From: the human T2T-CHM13v2.0 reference genome, Homo sapiens
Direction of reading: 5' to 3'
Assembly (NCBI GenBank): GCA_009914755.4
Contig: CP068257.2
Span: 8,544,001-8,608,000, forward strand
DNA length: 64,000 bases
The stretch's first letter is position 1, and every line of letters begins with the position of its first letter. A program made the translations under genes and the position numbers. Under the pieces are notes generated by a model, which had not been told where the DNA came from, searched no databases, and was given only the letters and a program-made list of their open reading frames with translations. Shown one piece after another: positions 56,201-64,000 of this stretch.

Positions 56201-59200
56201 AGACACGAGTAAATAGGGCTCTGGTTAGAAATTTATCAATATGAAAAAAGAGATCCTCTGAGTATTTTGATAAGTTAGAAAATAATGATAGACTGCAGTA
56301 GAATTTCATGTATTTCAACTTCTGTCATCTATGTTACTCTACAATATATTTTCTGTGTGTATTAGTCAATGTTATATATTTACAAGGTAAATCCATAAAG
56401 CATACATTCTAGAATGCCCTAACTTATGTTCTTAAGAGATATGCTCCTTATAGCCTTCTTGGCACTCCTGAAGTGTCAAATATTTCCATTGAAGAAGGTT
56501 GCATATGGCTTCTGAGATGAAGTCTAGACAGGTTAGGATTATTTTTTGCTCCTTTTGCCCACACAGCACCCACTGTCCCCTCCCTTTGTTATTAGCCATT
56601 ATCTGGTACCCTAGATGAAGCCATCTTCTGTCCTTCAGTTTTGACGTGGGGGCTGATTTCACCCCCAGTTTCAGGAATAAGCGCAGGACAGCTACTAACA
56701 AGTATGTTGTTCACTCAAGGAAGAAACCCAGCTAAGGGAGAAAGGGGGGCTGAAATCCAGCCTACATGCTCTTCTCCAAGCCACATGCCCCGATACAGGG
56801 CTGCATCTAACTGGAGAAAGGGGAGCCATTTTCTAATACTTGCAAAGGCACTGTGTGGACAGTGGAAACCCTGTATGAGCTCGTGACACAGGCCTGGCCA
56901 ATGAATATACTTCTAATCCTGGCACAGATGAAACTAGAGATGGACATGAAATCCAAGCCTCACACCCAAAGTCAATCTCTAGTCTCTTATTGAAACTATT
57001 AGAAGTGTTTCTGTTTTTGCTTTATTCTGGGGCTGTGGAACTAAGGAAATGTACACTGCAGGAGTGATGATGGCCACATTGCAGCACAAAGGGAAAACTT
57101 GTCTGAGAATAAAATCAATGAGGAAGAGAAAAGCAAGGAAGAGGAGAAGAGCCAAGCCCTGAGTCCCTACGTTCAGCCATTCTGAAGCTATACCCTGGAT
57201 TTTTCCATTATACGAGTCCACAAATTAATATTTTTTTTGGCTTAGACCAGTTTGAGTTTGAATTCTATTATTTATAACCAAAGGAGTCCTACCATATTAT
57301 CTTAGCCGGATTTTCATAAACACGGTACATGTTGATCAACAAACTTCCTAAATGTTTCACGTTCACTCCAAAGAGGGAGGGGGAAAAATAAAGAAGAGGA
57401 AGAAAATGATTACTTATCATCCACAGTAGTCAAGGAAGCTGCAGAAGCATCAAGCAAAAGCAGCAGAAGTTAGCTTTGTACTCCTACAAACACTGCTCTG
57501 AAGTACTCCGCCTAGTGGGCCACATCAGAAACTGCATTTCTAAAATCTTTAAAAAGACAGAAAAGGAATCACCACTTACCCTGGGAACCCTAACAGAGGA
57601 GTAGACCACATAGGAATATGTCCCATTGGTTTGAGGTCGATAAGTCAATTTTCAAAGCTTTAGTAATTCCAGAAACAAGAACATATTTATTTTACTTTGA
57701 TCACACAATGCCTAGTTATATTAAAAGTAAGGAGACATTCAATAAATACCTTTTATGGAAATAAAAACAGACAATTTAGGAGAAAATTAACTATCAATGC
57801 ATTATTTTCAAAGGTAAAGAAAAAAGAAATTATTCTGAACACACAAAACTATTTTATCAAATATCATGGTAAATTATCATTATATACTAAGTCACTTAAT
57901 AAATTTCCAGAGATAATTGGAAACAGTTTCCAGAATAGATTTTGTTTCATCCCAGGAAGAAGTTTCACAAAAAGTTAGTTACTTATCTCCATTGTTACTA
58001 GTACCAAACTAATCCTATGATTCTGAGTCAAATTACAAATAACGTCCACACTTTTCTCCAGTGAGATCAGAGGAGATGCCTAAGTCGAGTGTGTTTTAAT
58101 GTGAGGGCATAATTGGTTTATATTTTTCACTGAAAATAACAAATTCTAGACAACTTAAGCAAAACAGGAATTCAATGAAAGGATATTGAATAGTTCACAA
58201 AATCATTGAAGATGCTGGAGAAGCAAGGTAAGAACTGAGGGAAACTCAGCACAGCCAAGTTCATTCGACGAAAGCAGATCTTGGGATGCCACCACTAGGA
58301 TGTTGTCATTTGTCACTTGTCACCATGTAGCTGGGCTCTGCTGAACCTAGGCATTTGCTGCCACATTCCTGGTCCTGCATCTCTGCTCAATTTCTCAGAA
58401 TCATCTCTGATTCTTTCAGGTCTTTTGCATCATTTCATCGGGCTCCAAGTTCTAATAAAGAGCCATCAGTTGGCTGGGCCTAGATATGTGCCCACACGTG
58501 AGTGGCCAAGAAACTGGAAAAAGGATCATGCACTCCCTTTCAGCTTTTGTAATGGAAGGTGGGGCCTGTCCTCATATTTTGCTTGGGGTTCAAAAAACTA
58601 GGAAGGGTGTTTTGTTGAAATGAAACCCAAAATTATAGCTATCCATTTATAGCACCTTATTTGTACAGGAAGAAACCATGAGACAAAACGTATAAAAGTG
58701 CATGGGAGGTCTAAACATATGAGGGGGTTTTTGAGGAGAGAAAGATCATACTTGATTGGTGCTGTGGTTTCACTGTGACTCCTCCGAGATTCAGCGTTGA
58801 CAATGTGAGAGTGTTGAGGTGGAGCCTGCAGGAAGTGATGAGGCCATCAGGAATCCTACCTCAGGAATGGGTTTAGGAGCCCTCATGAAAGAGCTCCATG
58901 GAGGGAGTTCATCCCTCTTGCTCTCCCGCCTTCCACATGTGAGGAAACAGTGTTCCTTGTCTCTGGAAGATGCAGCATCAAGACACCATCTTGAACGGAG
59001 AGAACAGCCCTTACCAGACATCAGACCTGCCAACGCCTTGATCTTGGACTTCTTAGTCTCCAGAATTGTGACAGATAAACGTCTGGTTTTCATAAATTGC
59101 CTAGTCTGTGTTATTTTGTTATAAGAGCATAAATTGACTAAGACAATTGGAGATTAGAAAAAGTTTTTTGAAGTGGCATTTGAGAAGGGCTTGATAGATA

Positions 59201-60061
59201 AGATCTCTACAAATAGAAATAGAGAGATGGTTTCAAATCACCCAGGTGAAAGGAATAACATAGCCATGTTCAGTCTGAATGCAAAATGGAGATGGTAAAA
59301 AGTACATAGGATTCCACCACCAGTGGGAGGACAGAATTGTAATGTGGCAGCAATCTGTAAATATAATATTTATCACTCATTCACATTTATTTAGAGTCTA
59401 ATGTGTTCTAGGCTCTGAAATTAAGCAAAGAAAATCTAGATATGCATAAGTCCAAGACTGCCTTTGTGACAGTCAAAATAATTACCCCATGAATATGTTC
59501 TAGTCCCTGGAATCTGTGACCATATTACTTTACATGAGGCAAAAGGGACTTTGGAGATGTGATTAACCCTTGTGTTAGGGGGATTATCCTTGATTATCTT
59601 GGGGGCCAATCTAATTGCATGTGTCTATAAAATAAGAGAATCTTTCCTAGCTACAGTCAGAAGGTGATATGACTACAGAACAATGGTCACAGACATCCCA
59701 CATTACTGGCTTTGAAGATGGAGGGATTGTCCCATGATCCAAGGAATAGGGACAGCATCTAAAAGTTGGAAAAGGAAATGGATTCTCTCTAGAGCCTCCA
59801 GAAAGCAATACAGCCCTGACAACACCTTCACTTAAGTCCAGTAAGACCACGGTCAGAGGTTTGCCCTACAGAACTATAGGGTCATAAGTCTTTGATTTAA
59901 GCCACAAAATTGTGGTAATTTGTTATGGCAGCAATAGAAAATTAATTTTAAGAACTTTATTATTTGGAAGATAGGCAGACCAGAAAATCCAAATTATAAT
60001 ATAATTCGATTAAAACCTATGGGGATTTGCACTAGGTGTTTTAGAAAATAATTGAGTATTA

Positions 60062-61450
60062 ACAAGACTAACAGAAGAAATGTTCTAAAATTTATACACT
60101 AAGTACATCACATTTTTCTAATGATCACGTAGATAGAGCAACTTAGAATCCATGGTTTTAACAAACCAACAGGCTTATATACATAAATATAAAAATATTA
60201 TGTATATATATATAATATATAATATATGGAATAGCCCCCTGGGCACGGGCAGCCCTGGGTCAAAGGGCGGCACTGTACTAGCAGCCCACACCCCACCTCA
60301 CCCGCCTACCCTGAGCTGACTTGTCTGCTAAATGCTAAATAAACCTGTCAACCTGTCTGGTTTAACTAAGAAGGGCCTCGATGCAACAAGCCTGAGGGCT
60401 GTGACTGGAGGAAGAGAGAGCACAGACGGAGCTCCTCCTCCTTCTGCCACTGCCCACCAACTGAAAACCACCAACTGAAGTTTGCTTAGATTCTCAGCCT
60501 ACACCTTGCTCCCAACAAAACTCATGCAATACTTGGGCCCCCACTACAATCTCTGGAACAAAATATTCTACGGATCTGCTTTTTGAGCTGCAACTTATCT
60601 TACTAAATTCCAAGAAGCTTAAGTAAGAGAAAACCACCAGATAATACAAGATTTTCAATGTGATCATCATTGCTACTTTTAACTAGAAATTATCCAGTAA
60701 ATGTATTGTGAACTGCTTTGTGACTATGCTGATTTATTTAGTCTTTCTGATCATTGGTTTGATTATCTCCAATATATGAGTGTCACCAATTTTATAAAGT
60801 TGCTCTAAAAATTAAATGAAAGAAAAATAATCCTCCTTCTCCATATATTGAACACTTACAAAATTATAGGCATTGTGTCCAGGTTTTTACATACTTACCT
60901 GAGAGAAGTCTCCTGACAAACCTGTCTTTTCAATTACAAGCATTTTGCCATGATTTTTACACATGTACGTTATAGAAGCCTCATAACAATCACATCTTTT
61001 ATAGATCAGCAAACTGAGCCTCAGACGAGTTAAAAACACATTCACCATCAAATCATAATGAGGGATGGAACTGGGATTCAAATCCGGTTCTCTCTGATGC
61101 CAAAAATGGTGCAATTTAACGAGGACCAAGTTACACCCAGAACATGGAGGGATCAAAACATGTGGATTCCCTTTTCTGGCCTCTCATGTGGGAATTTCAA
61201 TAGCTTTCACTGCCTCAGAGCAATCCTAAACTCCCTCCCAGGTTGCCTTGCAATGGCCCCCTTATTCGTGGGGATGATTAGGAATCTGCATTTTTGGACC
61301 ACAAGCATCTATAAAGAGTTGTGTTGATCAAGAAATAAAATTTACTAGGTCATAGGTTACTGTGAATTGTCTAGCTTGTCTGTAAAAAAAAAAAGGGGCT
61401 ATTCCATGTAAAAAAATCACAGAATCCACTGAATCTGTGCAGAAAGACAT
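60062..61450. repeat. Local segmental duplication, copy A (paralogous to 63094-end at ~85-88% identity). Contains a MIR-like core at ~60997-61085 and a 437-bp copy-specific insertion at 60181-60617
   Basis: Collinear shared strings include 'ttctaaaatttatacactaagtac', 'agagaaaaccaccag...acaagattttcaatgtga(t/c)catcattg(c/t)tactttt(a/c)actag(a/c)aattatccagt(a/t)aat', 'gctctaaaaattaaatga(a/g)agaaaaataatcctccttctc', 'gcaaactgag(c/g)(c/t)tcagacgagttaaaaaca(c/t)attcaccatcaaatcataatgag', 'ggagggatcaaaacatgtggattccc' and 'ggaatctgcatttttggaccaca(a/g)gcatctataaagagttgtgttgatcaagaaataaaatt'. Confidence 0.85.
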
Positions 61451-61530
61451 AGAACTATACAGCAGGAGCATCTTACAGACAGCTGCACCTGAAGACCAGC
61501 CGAAACACACAAAGCAAGAGCACCTCCAAT

Positions 61531-61657
61531 GACCAAGTGTGGTGGCTCTTGCCTGTCATCCCAGCAGTGTGGGAGGCCAAGGTGGGTGAATCACTTGAGG
61601 CCAGGGGCCTGAGACCAGCTTGGGCAACACAGTGAGACCTTATCCCTACAAAAAAAA
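61531..61657 (+). mobile_element. FLAM-like Alu monomer with A-tail
   Basis: 'gaccaagtgtggtggctcttgcctgtcatcccagcagtgtgggaggccaaggtgggtgaatcacttgaggccaggggcctgagaccagcttgggcaacacagtgagaccttatccctacaaaaaaaa'. Confidence 0.65.
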
Positions 61658-61839
61658 TCATTTTTTATTATTAGAATCAAGAAGAGTACCTCTAAACCCT
61701 TGCTGTTGCTTTAGGGTAGAGAGCTCTGGTCTAGAACTCAAGTTATGAAACTGTGAGTCCCAGTGTAGCTACTTAAGTTTAAATACAAGAGCTGTCAGAC
61801 ATTTCCACTACAGCAACGAAATCTGTAGCATCCATTTTG

Positions 61840-62760
61840 TACTTTGAAAACTTAGTTTTTGGCCAGCCTCTAGGAAGAAGAAGAGGGTCCAGAACTGGGC
61901 ATATGGGTAGGGATGGCAAAAGAAACCGGCTGGATGCAACAGGGAAAGACGAACGGATGGAGACCCCAGGAAGAGCCAGTCCTCAGGCTTGGGGCCTGGG
62001 TCTAGGAAAGGAACTAGGTGAAGAAGGGAGGAGCCCCAGTCTGTGGATGTCTCTGGGGGAACCTTGGTTCAGCAACGGCCAGAGAAGCTCCTGAGGCCAA
62101 GCGGTATCTGTCGCCTCCCTACCTTTGGGCGTCTTCTGGTCGCCAATGTGCTGCAGGTCATGGCTCCGGAATCAAATTGGGCTCAAATTGCTTGAGCTCC
62201 AACGCAGTGGAGCCTGGCCCTACTCCCACCTACACCTCGTGGATCTCAGAGCTGCAGGATGGCTCTGCCCACCACACCCTAAAATGGCCTCGCTTGGGGC
62301 TGGTATTGGGGGACAGCATGTTCTGGGAGTCTCTGCTGCTTTCTGCTGGTGCCTGTGCCTGTGCTGGCCGCCCACTCATAGATATCAAAGCCACAGGACG
62401 GCCCCGCAGAACCCCTCCGCTGGCCCTGCAGGGGGCTGGCTTTCGTGCACATGCGACTGGTCATCGTGGTCCCCCTGGGGCACCTCTGCTCTTCTCGAGG
62501 CAGCTTGGGCCTTCGCTTGCCCTCACGTCTGCAGAGCTGAGCACCTGCCCCCTCTCCCCAGGAAAGACAACCAAATGCCACCAACTTAAAGCACACACTG
62601 AAGGCCACCAACTGAAGGCCGGTTGCCCTGACAACCTGATGTGTCCTGCTTAGGAAGAACCAATCAGGCCTTGAGTTCCTTCCACGCGCTGCCCTTCCAT
62701 TTGTGACGTGGGAGTCCAGGCACTGGCTCACAAAGCCGCACCCCCAGTGACCCCGCCCCA
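61840..62760. other. GC-rich, CpG-containing ~0.9-kb segment of uncertain identity, lying between the two duplicate copies. Long overlapping ORFs in several frames are probably composition artefacts
   Basis: There is a marked shift to G+C-rich sequence with several CpGs ('ggccgcccactcatag', 'acggccccgcagaacccctccgctggccc', 'cttccacgcgctgccc', 'aaagccgcacccccagtgaccccgcccc'). ORFs 62018-62653 (+), 62125-62589 (+) and 62279-62761 (-) overlap in different frames. The 'ccaccaactgaag' motif also appears in the copy-A insertion at 60455-60480. Confidence 0.4.
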
Positions 62761-63093
62761 CCTTTCATTTATTGCTAACTGGTAGCAACTTTCAGGTTTC
62801 CTCACTGTGAATTATGAATATGAATTATGATGAATTTACTGTATCCTAATGTACCTCATGCACTATCTGACAGCCAAAGTCCCCTCTTCCCCCATGACCT
62901 CTGAGTTTTTTGGAAACTAGAAAGAAGATACATTTCTGCAGGTGCTTTCAGAAAAAAACGTTGCCACGATCTAAGGTTACTCTGTGATGTCAAGTCATAT
63001 TTCATATGTCATACATATTCATATTTATATTCATAATTCAAAATGCACATATTCAATCAAATTAACAGGATTGAAAAGGACATTTTCTAAAAT

Positions 63094-64000
63094 TTATACA
63101 CTAAGTACCTTATATTTTTCTAATGATCACTTTGATAGAGCAAACTTAGAATCTATGGTTTCAACAAATGAAGAGGCTTATGCAAGAGAAAACCACCACC
63201 CAACACAAGATTTTCAATGTGACCATCATTGTTACTTTTCACTAGCAATTATCCAGTTAATATACTGTGAACTGCTTTGTGACTATGGTGATTTATTTAA
63301 ACCTACTGATCCTTTGATTATCACAAAAATATGAATAATACCAATTTTATAAACTTGCTCTAAAAATTAAATGAGAGAAAAATAATCCTCCTTCTCTATA
63401 TATTGAAAACCTACAAAATTAGTAACATTGTGTCCAGATTTTTACACACTTACTTTATTGAAGCCTCATCACAACCCCGTGTTTTAAATTACAGGATTAC
63501 TCCCAGATTTTTAAACCCTTACCTTATGCAAGTCTCATAACAATCCCATCATTTGTAGATGAGCAAACTGAGGTTCAGACGAGTTAAAAACATATTCACC
63601 ATCAAATCATAATGAGTGAAGGAACTGGGATTCAAATCCAGTTCTCTCTGACACTAAAGGTGGTGAAATGTAATGAAGACCAAGTTATATCCAGCACATG
63701 GAGGGATCAAAACATGTGGATTCCCTTTCTCTACCCTCTTACATGTTAATCTCAATGGCTTTCACTGCCTCAGAACAATCCTAAACTCCCTCCCAGGTTG
63801 CCTTGCAGAGGATCCCTTCTTTTGGGGACGATTAGGAATCTGCATTTTTGGACCACAGGCATCTATAAAGAGTTGTGTTGATCAAGAAATAAAATTGTCT
63901 AGGCCATAAGTTACTGTGAATTGTCTAGCTTCTCTGCAAAAAAATAAATGGGCTATTCTCTATATTTTTTGTTATTCCATTATTGACAATAGCCTAGAAT
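63094..64000. repeat. Local segmental duplication, copy B (runs to the window end). Carries a ~70-bp segment absent from copy A (~63440-63510) and lacks A's 437-bp insertion. MIR-like core at ~63550-63650
   Basis: See copy A. The offset between copies is ~3.03 kb. Confidence 0.85.

Noticed and set aside
62018-62761. 211-aa, 154-aa and 160-aa ORFs in the GC-rich block
   Set aside because: Mutually overlapping in different frames and strands, with low-complexity Ala/Gly/Pro/Arg-rich peptides typical of GC-rich non-coding DNA. No recognisable domain or splice structure.

Overview
This window is primate (human-like) pericentromeric DNA, not a prokaryotic or gene-dense locus. It contains no bacterial-type system, no CRISPR array and no operon. 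I found no well-supported intact protein-coding gene.

The first ~7.8 kb is monomeric alpha satellite (171-bp units, + orientation). It is interrupted at 6071-6454 by an antisense L1 3' fragment. The satellite ends abruptly at ~7815.

The remaining ~56 kb is interspersed-repeat-rich arm-type sequence:
- An L1M fragment (9180-9890), then a 5'-truncated older L1 (9940-12812) carrying three Alu insertions.
- A full-length L1PA inserted into that older L1's 3' UTR (12815-14759 plus 18001-22213).
- A younger 5'-truncated L1PA nested inside the L1PA at 14760-18000. It carries a candidate ~260-bp 3' transduction and is flanked by a 15-bp target-site duplication.
- A complete THE1-type MaLR element (LTR-internal-LTR, 32311-34559) inserted into an antisense free left Alu monomer.
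- A 7SL (SRP) RNA retropseudogene (38714-39245) whose 3' domain has expanded into eight ~32-bp tandem repeats. It sits inside an antisense L1M.
- A second antisense L1M (51560-56200), and many Alu, FLAM and MIR copies.
- Several micro- and minisatellites: a 43-bp unit x6, a ~370-bp (GGAA)n/(GAAA)n tract, (CA)n, and a (G)15 run.
- A diverged ~1.3-kb local duplication at 60062-61450 and 63094-end.
- A GC-rich segment at 61840-62760.

Nearly all ORFs in the supplied track are repeat-derived or low-complexity artefacts. They fall in L1 ORF1/ORF2 remnants, alpha-satellite and purine-tract read-through, or the GC-rich block.

The one ORF worth follow-up is a 186-aa open frame at 35563-36123. Its C-terminal motifs weakly resemble the conserved C-terminal helix of DDE transposases (IS1595/Merlin- or MULE-like). 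It is most likely a DNA-transposon fossil.

I cannot support any novel biological system here. The interesting content is the structural history of nested retrotransposition and satellite organisation. All coordinates were read by eye and may be off by a few bp.
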